Source of the DNA: Isurus oxyrinchus | Taxonomy: Eukaryota | DNA: 64,000 bases | Direction of reading: 5' to 3' | Assembly: GCA_026770705.1 (NCBI GenBank) | Contig: JANJGN010000004.1 | Coordinates: forward strand, 172,794,001-172,858,000 | In this document: positions 1-12,381 of the stretch, piece by piece | Position numbering within the stretch: position 1 is the stretch's first letter | Layout: every line of letters starts with the position of its first letter | Notes under the pieces: model-generated | Told to the model about the DNA's origin: nothing | Databases searched by the model: none | The model's input: the letters and a program-made list of their open reading frames with translations, nothing else | Position numbers and translations under genes: made by a program

Positions 1-165
1 CAATTGGCAATGGTTTCATAGTGGTCATCAGACTTTTAATTCCAGAAGTATATTGATTGAAATTTCACCATCTGCTGTGGTGGGATATGAACCTAAGTCT
101 CCAGAGCATTGCCCTGGGTCTCTGGATTACTAGTTCAGTGACAATATTGCCTTCCACCACCTCCG
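1..165 (-). mobile_element. tRNA-derived SINE, 5' part (SINE-A family)
   Basis: Minus strand reads as a tRNA-like head (...gtcactgaactagtaatccagagacccagggcaatgctctggagacttaggttcatatcccaccacagcagatgg). Same sequence recurs at about 4612, 46660, 52845 and 58975. Confidence 0.7.
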
Positions 166-629
166 CTCAGGCTGATCCTACTCTCAGCAACAACCACACA
201 TTGGCATTTTTTAGCATGTCAATGACGATCATAAGCAGAAGCCCTGTTGACTTTTACTCATCACAAACTGATGCTAATTCCAAGTTACCCTGTTGCAGCA
301 CCCATGCTGAGATTAGTTCACTGGCTTGGAATCAAACTTGAAACCTTCCTGGTTTATAGCTCAGTCACTGAATATAAATACAATTTGTTGGCCAGTGTGC
401 AGATAGAATTTTTTTTAACCTTATAATAGACTATAATGAGAAATTATTCTTGCTCAGCAGCTAAGTTATTCATACTGCCACATCTCACTACCTTTAAAAA
501 AAACTTCTCAAAACCCTTCTAGAACAATAGAATGTTACAGCAAAAATGGAAGCAATTCAGTCCATTGGATCTGTGCCGACTCTCTGTAAGAGCAAGTGAG
601 ATAGTCCCACTCTTTGGCCATCTCCCGAC

Positions 630-1087
630 AATTCAACAATGGTAATGTCATTGAATGTCAAGGGGCAATGGTTAGATTTTCTCTTGTTGGAGGAGGTGAT
701 TGCCTGACACTTGTGTGGCATGAATGTTACTTACTACTTGTCAGCCCAAGCCTGGATATTGTCCAGGTCTTGTTACATTTGGGCATAGGCTATTTAAGTA
801 TCTGAGGAGGTGCGAATGGTGCTGAACATTGTACAGTCATCAGCGAACATCCCCACTTCTGACCTATGATGGAAGGAAGGTTATTGATGAAGCAACTGAA
901 GATGTTTAGGCCTAGGACACTACCCTGAGGAACTCCTGCAGTGACAGCCTGGAACTGAGAACAACCACAACCATCTTTCTTTGTATTAGGTATGACTCCA
1001 ACCAGCAGAGAGTTTTCCCCCTGATTCCCATTGACTCCAGTTTTGCTAGGGATCCTTTATTCCACACTCGGTCAAATGCTGCCTTCC
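630..1087 (-). mobile_element. LINE-B (CR1/L2-group) RT fragment
   Basis: ORF 912-1139 contains AAFDRVWNKGSLAKLESMGIRGKTLCWLESYLIQRKMVVVV, a non-LTR RT signature. Confidence 0.8.
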
Positions 1088-1787
1088 TTCCCTTTGGGTG
1101 CTTCTCCCTTTTGAATGTCACAAGTGATTCTACCTTCACCAGACTCTTAGGCAGTGCATTTCAGATTCTAACCACACTGTGCAAAAATAACTTTTCCTCA
1201 TGGCACCTTTCGCTTTTTCATGAATCGCCTTAAATTTGAGTCCACTGGTTCTCAATCCCTCTGCCAATGGGAACAGTTTGTCTCCATCCAATCTGCCTAG
1301 ATCTCACACCATTTTGAAAACCTCTGTTAAATCTCCTTTCAACCTTCTCTTTGAAGGAGAAAAATCCCAGCTTTTTCAAACTATCCTTGTAACGGAAGTT
1401 CCTGATTGCTGAAACCATTCTCATGAATCTATTCTGAACTGTCTGTAAAGTCTTCATACCCCGTTCCCCACCCTACAATTGGAATTAGCCATAATATTCC
1501 AGGTGAGCCAAGCAAGTGTTTTATAAAAAGTTCATCAGAGCTTTCCTGCGTTTACACTATATGCCTCATTTTCGAAATCCTAAAATCCCATATGTCTTTT
1601 TAACCACTTTCTCAACCTGCTATATCACCTGCAACAATTTGTGTGCGTGCCAGTGTCTCTGTTTCTACATCCCCTTTAGAATTGTACTCTTTACCCTCTC
1701 CTTCTTCTTCCTATTTATCACTTCATATTTCTTGCATTGAATTTCATCTGCCCATTCCACCAGCCAATGAAGTACACCCAAGTCTAG

Positions 1788-2437
1788 GGCCAGGATTTTC
1801 CGGCCATCAGGCGGGCTTGGTGGACAGGCCCAGGTGTGGTCGGGAAGCCGCCAATTGGGAAGCCAATTAACAGCCATCCAGCGTGAACCGTGCTGACACG
1901 CTCAGCACTGGTGGGGTTGGTGGTAGGGGAGGAGGGCGAGTGCAGAAGTTCGAGCATGTGCGCAGGGTGAAAGGTGCCTGAGGCACAGAGCTGCCTCAGG
2001 GAGCTGAAGACTTTTAAAGTACAAAATGAAGATATTAGAATTAATGAAAACATGTCCGCTCATGTGACTCTGTCAGATGAACAGGGACATGTTAAATATG
2101 AGTGTTAAAAGTTTTTTTTTAAATCACTGGTCAAAACCTCATCTCTCCCATGGATGAGGTTTCGCCAGAAATGAAAAGGCTTGTTGGCCTTTTCACCCAC
2201 CCGCCAACCCGAACGGTTGGACAGGCAGTGAAAAATTCCAGTCAATTAATTGATTAAGGGCTTTAATAGGCCAATTCATTGTTGGCGGGCGTGTTGCCAA
2301 CTCTCGTGCGTGCCTGCTGACCGAAGTATCGCGTGAGTGCGCGATGACATTGGGACCCCCACCCGACGCCATTGCGCATCATTTCACGGTCTATCGGGAC
2401 CGGCCCACCGCCACCCAACGAGAGAAGAATTCTGCCC
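1788..2437. mobile_element. Harbinger-derived MITE (family A)
   Basis: Ends GGCCAGGATTTT ... AGAATTCTGCCC. Internal palindromes shared with other family A copies. Confidence 0.8.
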
Positions 2438-2499
2438 CGAGTTCATTAATATACATCAAGAAGAGCAGTGGACCTTGCACTGACCTCTGGGAACACTAG

Positions 2500-3187
2500 A
2501 GACTGGATTTTACAACTTCCTGTGGGGTAGGGGAGGCGGGATAGAAATTGCGTGGTCCGCTTACTCCCAGCTCTGCCCCCGCCTCGACTATTTAAGCACG
2601 TCGAATCAAGCATTGGCTGGCTATTTAGTGGCCATCTGGCAGAAATGTTGGGTAATTAGCATTGTGAAGTGGGGATGTCCATTCCTAATCAGGCACCTCG
2701 GATGTCTGGTGGGAAGAGGTTAGGCTGTGAATCGGAAGATCCCCTTCCCTCTCACTCACTCCTTAATTTGTTATTTCAGTCCATGGAAACTGAACAAATA
2801 ATGTCTACTAACAGCCAAATGCTGCCAATTTCAGCAGCAAACACTGCTGTTACATGCAGTCATGGTTCTGTTTGCAGGCTTTTTCATCCAGCCTTGTGCC
2901 TCCTTATGCTTGGTATAACTCACTCCCAACGTTTTTCCTGTGTGACTAGTGAAAAATAGGGTGGGCAATGAAAAATTGCAGTTGATTGGCTTTTTAACAA
3001 GCTCAATCGCTTGGTAGCTGCTTTTTCAAAATGGCAGACAGGACTTCCGATTTCAGCACCTGCTTGCCTTCCATATTATTGGAGACTGATGGGATGAGGC
3101 TGAATTGCTGATCCAGTATCATCAGCCATATTTTACATAAGCATGGTTGGTGTGGCCCACCCAGTTTGTGTCCGTAAAATCCAGCCC
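2500..3187. mobile_element. Non-autonomous TIR element (Harbinger-like, family B)
   Basis: TIRs AGACTGGATTTTAC / GTAAAATCCAGCCC, flanks TAG/CAG, inserted in the CR1 relic. Confidence 0.65.
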
Positions 3188-4051
3188 CAGTATGTACCTT
3201 CCTCCAGTCTGAAAAACAACTATGTTTAGTCCAATACCTTAAACTTAGCTGACAAGCAAGTTATGTGGCACTTTATCAAATGGCTTTGGAAGTCCATGTA
3301 CACCACATCCACTGCATTACAATGATCAATCCTTTCTGTTACCTCACCAAAAAACTCAATCAAGTTAGTTAAATATGTCCTTTAGTTGCCCTACCTTTCG
3401 GCTTTGTGGAAATGGACCTTGACTGTACCCTAACAACCTTCTCTTTAAGTTTAAGGCAGCCCATTGTTCTGTGAATTTTTCATTCCATTTTTCTGGGCAA
3501 AGGTCCATTCTCTACGCCCTGAAATTGGATCTCTTCCAATAACGTATTTTTACCCTAGAATGCTCCATGTCTTTTTCTGTTGCTAATTTGATACCTATGA
3601 TACTATGATCACTGTTTTCTAAATGTTCTCCGACTCATTCTTGCTCTATTTGACCCACCATATTCCCCAGAACCAGATCCAACAATGCATCCTTCCTTGT
3701 TGGGTGGAAAAAATATTGATCAAGAAATTGCACCTGAGCAAACTCCCACTCTTCTCCTTTTCTGCCTGTACACTATTGCTATCCAAACTTTAGATTACTC
3801 CTCCAAATTCTCTGCATCTAGTGCAGCTCCCATCTTGTGAAGCCTATTGTGCCATTCCTTATGTTAAAGTGACAATAGAAATACATGTTGTTCTCTTTCA
3901 GGTGTGTACCAATAAGAACAACTTGCACTTAAATGGTGAATCATATGCAGTGCCTTGTAAAGTAAACCAGACACCAAATAGGAATTAGTGGCAGGAGGTT
4001 GTGTGAAATAAGGTGTAATTGATTAAATAGATTTTGAGTAGGCTTTGATGA

Positions 4052-4500
4052 TTTTTTTCAATTCATTCTTGGGATGTGGGTGTGATTGGCTCGACCAGCT
4101 TTTATTGCCCATCTCTAATTGCCCTTGAGAAAGTGGTGGTGAGCTGCCTTCTTGAACCACTGCAGTCCCCGTGATGTAGGTAAACCCACAGAACTGTTAG
4201 GGAGGGAGTTCCAAGATTTTGACCAAGTGACAATGAAGGAACAATGATATATTTCCAAGTCAGGACGGTGAGTGGCTTGGAGGGGATTTTCTAGGTGGTG
4301 GAGTTCCCATGTGCCTGCTGCCCTTGTCTTTCTAGATGGTAGCAGTCGCGGTTTGGAAGGTACTGTTGAAGGAGCCTTGTGAGTTCTTGCTGTGCATCTT
4401 GTAGATGGTACACACTGCTGCCACAGTGCATTGGTGGTGGAGGGAGTGAACATTTGTGAATGGGATGCCAGTCAAGCAGGCTGTTTAATCCTGGATGGTA
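4052..4500 (-). mobile_element. LINE-B 3' end
   Basis: ORF 4115-4453 ends ...SKSWNSLPNSSVGLPTSRGLQWFKKAAHHHFLKGN, followed by the family 3' tail. Confidence 0.8.
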
Positions 4501-4611
4501 TGAGGAAATATGAAAAAAAAACTGAAGATAATTCAAGACTGCAGGACCAAAATGGTTGAAAGATCAGGCATCAATGTTTGATGCATATCTACTGAAACAA
4601 ACTCAATCATT

Positions 4612-4998
4612 TTTTTTAGTCTTTCATGGGATGTGGGCATCACTGGCAAGGCCAGCATTTGTTGTAATTTTCCTTGAATTAAGTGGTTTGCTAGGTCATT
4701 TCAGGAGGCAGTTAAGAGTCAACCGACTGGGGATCTGGAGTCACATGTAGGACAGATCAGGGACTAATGGCAGATTTCTTTCCCTAAAGGACATTTGCGC
4801 ACCATGTGGGTTTTTACAACAGTTGATGATGGTTTCATGGTCGCCATTACTGAGACTAGCTTTATACTCCAGATGTTATTAATTGATCTCTAACTCTACC
4901 AGCTGCCATGGGTGCAATTTGAACCAATGTCCCCAGAGCATAAGCCTGGGTCTCTAAATTACTAGTCCAGTGACATTATCACATCACCATCATCTCTC
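4612..4998 (-). mobile_element. SINE-A (tRNA head, LINE-B-like 3' tail)
   Basis: Collinear with the 58975-59370 copy. Tail catgggatgtgggcatcactggcaaggccagcattt matches the LINE-B 3' end. Confidence 0.75.
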
Positions 4999-5214
4999 AC
5001 TAGTCATAGAATATGTTGAACATAGATAGAAGATGTTGCAGCGAGAGGGTGGGGCAAGGCTAAAGGAGAGATGGTACACAATAAGTATTTTGAATTCACC
5101 GCATTGAGGATGGGGAGTTAATGAAGATAAGGATTAGAGCGATGGGGGAATGAAACTTAATGGACAGAGTGAGGGAGCAAAATTCTGGATTATTTTAAGT
5201 ATATGTTGGAAATT

Positions 5215-5540
5215 ACTTTATTCTTTTACGGGGTGTGGGCGTTGCTGGCTAGGCCAGCATTTATTGCCCATCCCTAATTGCCCTTGAGAAAGTGGTGGTG
5301 AGCCGCCTTCTTGAATTGCTGCAGTCCATATGGTATAGGTACACCGATAGTGCTGTCAGGAAAGGAGTTCCAGGATTTTGACCCAGTGACAGGTGATATA
5401 CTTCCAAGTCAGGATGGTGTGTAGCTTGGGGGGGGTGGGGGGGGGAACTTGAAGGTGGTGGTGTTCCAATGCATCTGCTGCCCTTGTCCTTCTAGGCAGT
5501 AGAGCGGCTTTCAAAGGTCCACTGCTGCAGTGCATCTTGG
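5215..5540 (-). mobile_element. LINE-B 3' end
   Basis: ggccagcatttattgcccatccctaattgcccttgagaaagtggtggtgagc, near-identical to the 4052, 8835 and 35152 copies. Confidence 0.75.
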
Positions 5541-5607
5541 GATCTTGGGAGGTCAGTTAGCAAGGTCTTAGAAAAGTCAAACTTTGAGATAATGAAGACA
5601 TCTACAA

Positions 5608-7024
5608 TTTAGAAGCAAAAAACTATGGATGCTGGAAATCCAAAATAAAAATAAAAATACATGGAAAAACTCAGCAGGTCTGGAAGCAGCTGCGGAGAGG
5701 AACACAGTTAACATTTCAAGTCCGTATGACTCTTCAACAGAACTAAATAAAAATAGAAGGGAGGTGAAATATAAGCTGGTTTAAGGGGAGAGTGGAACAA
5801 GCAGAGCTGGATAGAGGGCCAGTGATAGGTGGAGATAACCAACAGATGTCACAGACAAAAGGACAAAGAGGTGTTGAAGGTGGTGACATTATCTAAAGGA
5901 ATGTGCTACTTAAGGGTAGAAAGCAGGACAAGCAAGGTACAGATAGCCCTAGTGGGGATGGGGTGGGGTGAAGGAATCGAAAAAGGCTAAAAGGTAGAGA
6001 TAAAACAATAGATGGAAATACATTTAAAAATAATGGAAATAGTTGGGAAAAAATATATAAATTATTGGGAAAAAAGAAGGGGAGATTGGAAAGGGGGTGG
6101 GGATGGAGGAGAAAGTTCATGATCTAAAATTGTTGAACTCAATATTCAGTCCCGAAAGCTGTAAAGTGCCTAGTTGGAAGATGAGGTGCTGTTCCTCCAG
6201 TTTGCGTTGAGCTTCACTGGAACAATGCAGCAGGCCAAGGACGGACATGTGGGCATGAGAGCAGGGTGGAGTGTGAAATGGCCAGCGACAGGGAGGTCTG
6301 GGTAATGCTTGTGGACAGACCGAAGGTGTTCTGCAAAGCGGTAACCCAGTCTGTGTTTGGTCTCTCCAATGTAGAGGAAACCGCATTGGGAGCAATGAAT
6401 GCAGTAGACTAAATTGAGGGAAGTGCAAGTCAAATGCTGCTTCACTTGAAAGGAGTGTTTGGGCCCTTGGACGGTGAAGAGAGGGGAAGTAAAGGGGCAG
6501 GTGTTGCACCTTCTGCGGTTGCATGGGAAGGTGCCGTGGGAGGGGGTTGAGGAGTAGGGGGTGATGGAGGAGTGGACCAGGGTGTCATGGAGGGAACGGT
6601 CCCTGTGGAATGCCGCCGGGGGGGGGAGGTGAAGGGAAGATGTGTTTGGTGGTGGCATCATGCTGGAATTGGCAGAAATGGTGGAGGATGATCCTTTGAA
6701 TGTGGAGTGATAAGTGAGGACGAGGGGGACCCTATCATGTTTCTGGGAGGGAGAAGAAGGTGTGAGGGCGGATGCGCGGGAGAAATGTTTGAGGGCCTTG
6801 TGAACCACCGTGGGTGGAAGACCTGGGTTAAGGAAGAAGGAGGACATGTCAGAGGAACTGTTTTTGAAAGTGGCAGAGCAGATGCGACGGAGGCGAAGGA
6901 ACTGAGAGAATGGGATGGAGTCCTTACAGGAAGTGGGGTGTGAGGAGCTGTAGTCGAGGTAGCTGTGGGAGTTGGTAGGTTTGTAATGGATATTGGTGGA
7001 CAGTCTATCACCAGAAATTGACAT
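5608..7024 (-). mobile_element. 5'-truncated Penelope-like element (RT thumb + GIY-YIG endonuclease + 3' pLTR)
   Basis: ORF 6170-7024 (284 aa) has YKPTNSHSYLDYSSSHP..CKDSIPFSQFLRLRRIC, CxxxxCxxC, and NLVYCIHC..C...YIGETKHRL..RFAEH (GIY-YIG). 11-bp direct repeat GACATCTACAA at 5597-5607 and 7020-7030 is the probable TSD. Confidence 0.92.
5704..5744 (-). ncRNA. Minimal hammerhead-ribozyme-like motif in PLE pLTR (non-canonical core)
   Basis: Minus strand AGTT-CTGTTGA-AGAGTCATACGGACTT-GAAA-TGTTA-ACTG has hammerhead topology (stem II AGTC/GACT), but CUGUUGA replaces CUGANGA. Confidence 0.55.
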
Positions 7025-7703
7025 CTACAAGGGTAGATGGCTGGAGGCATGCAATGGACAGTCTTGGCAGTCAAAACGAAGCCAAAGAAGAAGTCACTGA
7101 CAATCCATACTTGTCTTATTAGGAATCGTGCTTACATGCTGGCTAGCAACTGTGACAGTTTAATAGTTATTTCTACTGTTGTTGGAGCATTAAGAAGGTT
7201 ATAATGCAATCTATTCAATTATTGTTTTACTTCCAAGGAATAGTTGAGGCAAAAGACAACAGTCAGGAGAATAAGAATTAAATTGAGAAATGCACTGATA
7301 AAACAACGGTTGATCAATCTATGATAGGAAATACACAAGGATAAGAAAAGAGAAAGAAAATATCTCAGGGGGAAAAGAGCGACAAATAGCAGTAACAAAG
7401 CAAAATCAGAGCTAAAATTAATAGCATAAATAGATCTGAGATAGTCAACACTCTACACACTACAGATGAAAGTGACAGTGAACACAGAGTGAATCAGAAA
7501 TCCTGAGCAGATATAAAATCCAGTACTGGCAAATTTGCTCTGTGGATACACCAGGGTTCATCGTGTCATAGTTGGGTATATTCTAGCTTCTAATTTGATT
7601 AAATCTGAAGCTATTGTGCTAGTATATACACAATAATTTTACAATTACCTAAGTTCAACTTTGACATTCATAAAGGACAAGGTTTACCCATTTCGCAGGC
7701 AAT

Positions 7704-8325
7704 GGGGAGAATTTACCCCTCGTCGGCCTGGGAACAGCCGTGATTGGGCTCAGGCTGCGATTTTGCGCTGGCTGTCCAATTAACGGTCAGCCAGCATAAA
7801 GGCGCGCTGAGCGCCTCAGCGCTGCCAGATTGGGGGGGGTGGGGGGTGGGAGGAGCGCGAGTGCCGAAATGTGCGCATGCGCTGGCGAGCGCGTATGGAC
7901 AACTCCCTGAGGGCACAGAGCTGCAAAATAAAGAATTCAAAAATAAGGAAATCATGTCCCCACATGTGGCTCTGGCATATGAAGAGGGATATGAAAAAAG
8001 GTTGAAAAAACATTTATTGGCTCTTTTCGTCACTGGTCAAAATCTCACCCCGCCCATGGATGAGGTTTTGTTAAAAATGCAAAGGCCCCCAGGGCTATTG
8101 GTCCGCCCACCAACCGAACGGTTAGACGGGCAGCAAAAAATTTAATTAAATTAATTGATTAAAGGCCTTAATAGGCCTCTCAATTGTCAGTGGGCACGCT
8201 GCCCCTCTCACGCTCGCCCGCTGACCGAAAGATCACCCAACATCATCGCAAACTATTTCACACCCGTTAGGGATGGGTGGCATGCCCACCCACAGGGTGA
8301 AAGATTTCGGGCAGAAATCTATCCC
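7704..8325. mobile_element. Harbinger-derived MITE (family A)
   Basis: Starts GGGGAGAATTT, ends AGAAATCTATCCC, flanks AAT/CAT, family palindromes present. Confidence 0.75.
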
Positions 8326-8834
8326 CATCAACTGGAGTCTCTGTACATTTTTGGTGACTGTTTTTGAAGATTCTTGATGTGCTGCTCAATGAGACAGGCA
8401 GTGAGTCTGCTCCTAGCAAACACTGTAAAATGATGAATTTCATGTCGACAAATTTACTGACTTTTTTTTTCCAGGCCATAATTTCGATTAGAGAATTAAA
8501 TGATGCATATTCAACATTCATGATCAGGGCATTTGTCACGATTTGTCAAGGTGGGAGAGAAGACAAAATTTTTTTGAAAATGGAAACAAAAATTGAAGAT
8601 GCATATTGGAACACTTTAAACTTAGTGGCTAAAGACTCACTTGCCTTGTCAGGTTTATCCACTAATTTTTCAGTTTTAGTAGTCCATTTAACTTTTTTTT
8701 CTATGTTGTGTATCACATAGCTTCTCACATTTTAATTCATATCCTCTGTTTTTTTTAAATCAACTGGGTCTTTATTGGTTCTCATGTAAGCATTTTTCAG
8801 TCTCTCTCAGTTTATCGTCTCCTCTCACGCTAGG

Positions 8835-11055
8835 TTTTTTAAAATTCATTCATGGGATGTGTGCTTCGTTGGCTAGGCCAGCATTTATTGCCCAAGACTA
8901 GCTGCCCTTGAGAAGGCGGTGGTGAGCAGCCTCTTGAACTGCTGGAGTCCATGTGGCATAGGTACACCCACAGTACTGTTAGGAAGGGAGTTCCAGGACT
9001 TTGGCCCAGCAACCGTGAAGGAACGGGGATATAGTTCCAAGTCAGGATGGTGAGTGACTTGGAGGGGAACTTCCAGGTGGCAGTGTTCCCATCTATCTGC
9101 TGCCCTTGTCCTCCTATATGGTAGTGGTCATGGATTTGGAAGGTACTGTTGGTGAATTCCTGCAGTGCATCTTGTAGTTGGTACACACTGCTGCTACTGT
9201 GTGTCGGTGGTGGAGGGAATGAATGTTTGTGGATGTGGTGCCAATCAAACGGGCTGCTTTGTCCTGGACGGTGTCAAGCTTCTTGAGTGTTGTGGGAACT
9301 GCACTCATCCAGGCAAGTGGCGAGTATTCCATCACACTCCTGACTTGTGCCTTGTAAATGGTGGACAGGCTTCAGGGAGTCAGGAGGTGAGTTACTCATC
9401 ACAGGATTCCTAGCCTCTGAACTGCTTTTGTAGCCACAGTATTTATATGGCTAGTCCAGTTCAGTTTCTGGTCAATGGGATGTTGATAATGGGGGATTCA
9501 ATGATGGTAATGCCATTGAAAATCAAGGAGCAATAGTTGAATTCTCTCTTGTTGCAAATGGTCTTTGTCTGACACTTGTGTGGTGCGATTGCAGGCCAGT
9601 AATTACAGGCCAGTGAGCCTGACGTCAGTAGTAGGTAAATTATTGGAAGGTGTTCTGAGAGATCGGATATACAATTATTTGGACAGCCAAGGATTGATTA
9701 AGGATAGTCAGCGTGGCTTTGTGCGTGGTAGGTTGTGTTTAACGAACCTTGTAGAGTTTTTCGAGGAGGTTACCAAGAAAGTAGATGAAGGAAAGGCTGT
9801 GGATGTTGTCTACATGGCCTTTAGTAAGGCCTTTGGCAAGGTCCCACATGGGAGGTTAGTTCAGAAGGTTCAGACACTTGGTATCCATGGAGAGGTTGTA
9901 AACTGGATTTGAAATTGGCTGTGTGGGAGAAGACAGAGTGTGTTAGTGGATGATTGCTTCTCATACTGGAGGCCTGTGACTAGTGGTGTGCCTCAGGGAC
10001 CTGTGCTGGGACCATTGTTGTCTGTTGTCTATATCAATGATCTGGATGATAATGTGGTAAATTGGATCAGCAAGTTTGCTGATGACACTAAGATTGGAGG
10101 CATTGTGGACAGCGAGGAAGGCTTTCAAAGCTTGCAGAGGGATCTGGACCAACTGGAAAAATGGGCCAGAAAATGGCAGATGGAATTTAATGCAGAAAAG
10201 TGTGAGGTGTTGCATTTTGGAAGGACAAATCAAGGTAGGACATACACAGTAAATGGTAGGGCACTGAGGAGTGCGGAGGAACAAAGGGATCTGGGAGTTC
10301 AGATACATAATTCCCTGAAAGTAGCATCACGGGTAGACAGGGTTGTAAAGAAAGCTTTTGGCATACTGGCCTTCATAAATCAAAGTATTGTATATAGGAG
10401 TTGGGATGTTATGGTGAGGTTGTATAAGACATTGGTGAGGCCAACTTTGGAGTATTGTGTGCAGTTCTGGTCGCCTAACTACAGGAAGGATTTCAGTAAG
10501 ATTGAAAGAACACAGTGAAGATTTACTAGGACGTTGCCGCGTCTTCAGGAGTTGAGTTACAAGGAAAGATTAAACAGATTAGGACTTTATTCCTTGGAGC
10601 GTAGAAGAATAAGGGGAGATTTGATAGAAGTCTACAAAATTATGAGGGGTATAGACAGAATAAATGCGAGTAGGCTCTTTCCACTTAGATTAGGACATGA
10701 CAAGAGGACATAGCTTTAGGATGAAAGGGGAAAGGTTTAGGGGGAACCTCTTCACTCAGAGTGGTGAGAGTGTGGAACAAGCTGCCATGTGACGTGGTAA
10801 ATGCGGGCTCACTCTTAAGTTTTAAGAATAAATTGGATAGATACATAGATGGGAGAGGTCAGGAGAGTTATGGACGGAGTGCAGGTCAATGGGACTAGTG
10901 GAATAATATTTCGGCACAGACTAGAAGGGCCGAATGGCCTGTTTTTCTGTGCTGTAGTGTTCTACGGTTCTATGGTTCTATGGATGTTACTAGCCACTTA
11001 TCAGCCCAAGCCTGGATATTGTCCGGGTTTTGTTGCATTTGGACACGGACTGCAA
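8835..11055 (-). mobile_element. LINE-B 3' region split by a CR1 insertion
   Basis: ORF 9114-9335 MEYSPLAWMSAVPTTLKKLDTVQDKAARLIG. Sequence breaks at about 9588 (tgtggtgcga) and resumes at about 10984 (atgttactagccacttatcagcc). Confidence 0.8.
9589..10983 (+). mobile_element. Young 5'-truncated CR1 LINE (RT domain, 3' UTR, tandem tail)
   Basis: ORFs 9565-9912 (NYRPVSLTSVVGKLLE) and 9940-10518 (SGVPQG..LGP, KFADDTK, LVRPTLEYCVQFWSP). 3' tail of TTCTA(C/T)GG repeats. Confidence 0.93.
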
Positions 11056-11064
11056 GTTCTCCAA

Positions 11065-11736
11065 GGGCAGAATTTTCTCTTTGGCATGTTGGTGTGGGCC
11101 CCACTCGTTGATGTGTAAAATGATGCGCGGTGACATCGAGTGTACGTCCTGATATCACCGCACATCATTCAGATCTTCTGTTCGGCGGGCACGCGCTGCT
11201 GTCAAAGGCCTGTTAAGGCCATTAATAAACTAACTAAGCCAATACTCAGCGCTGCCTGTCCAACCTTAAGATTGGCGGGCAGGCAAAGAGCCCAAGCGGC
11301 CTTCGTGTTTTGCATGAAACTTCATCCACAGGGCTGGGGGTGAGATTTCATGAAGGTTTGATAGGTTTGATTAAATAAATAAAAACATTTTTGACAATTC
11401 ATAAACATGTCCCAGCTCGTGTAATGCTGTCACATGAGGGGACATGTCTGAATAATTTTAATCTTTCTTTTTTTCATACTTTGAAGCTGAACTTAATCTC
11501 CCTGAGGCAGCTCTGTACCCCAGGGAGACTTCTGCACTCTTAAATGCGCATGCGCAAAGGAGCGCAGGCCCCGACTCTCCCTCCTCCCCCTGACCGCCCA
11601 GGTAACGTTGAGCGCTTCCGGGCATGCGTCACACTGGGTGGGCCTTAATTGGCGAGCCCATGTAAAATATCAACGCGCAGCTGATCACAGGCGGCGATCG
11701 GCTCCACGCCCGCCGGACAGGCAGAAGATTCTGCCC
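11065..11736. mobile_element. Harbinger-derived MITE (family A, reverse orientation)
   Basis: GGGCAGAATTTTCT ... AGAAGATTCTGCCC, flanks CAA/CAC. Confidence 0.85.
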
Positions 11737-12381
11737 CACGGGTACAGGAAAAAAACAGGAGAATGGCACCAAGTCATGAGGCTCATTTGGAGAGGCGGTG
11801 CAGACATGATGGGCTGAACAATTCTGTGATTCCGCGATTCAGACCCCAAGCGGTTAGTGTGAATCTGATCCACACACTAGCCCAACTGGGCTAACGAACC
11901 CTACCCCTGCACTGACTGGAGTTGTGCAATTAAGAGTATTATAAGAATACTTATTAAGTACCTATTCTTTCTATTACGTAACCAATTTCTCATTGGTTTG
12001 CTAACTAATATCATTGTCAAAAGTGCCTTCACTTATGCCACAAATTTATTTTGGAGTACACCTTGTTACTTACTTTCTGAAGTCAGTGCATTTATGAGCC
12101 ATCACACTGCAGTCAGTCAATCTACTTCACTTGCTAGGAATGCCAACAAATTTGATAAGCATGGTTTGTTTTTCAGAAACATATTTAATGCCTTTAGCAT
12201 TGTAAATCATTAATAAGCTGTGAAAAATATGTCTGCTCTCACTTCTTTAGTATTCTTTGACGCTTCCAAAGAATATTCAAACAAACCATTATTTAAATGT
12301 TGTGGGAATCAATCCATAATGTGCTGAAATTACTTTGATATAATAAATTGAAAAAGCATGAAAACCTATCCAAGCCAGCAC

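Larger units (their letters stand above)
520..3830 (-). mobile_element. Old degenerate CR1 LINE, interrupted by three younger insertions
   Basis: ORF 1230-1457 (LQTVQNRFMRMV...YKDSLKKLGFFSF) resembles the CR1 ORF2 C-terminus. LINE sequence resumes after insertions at 630-1087, 1788-2437 and 2500-3187. Confidence 0.65.

Noticed and set aside
8364-8720. 118-aa ORF with a strong-looking acceptor at 8474
   Set aside because: No recognisable protein similarity, no compatible partner exon, and the surroundings look like very old repeat debris.
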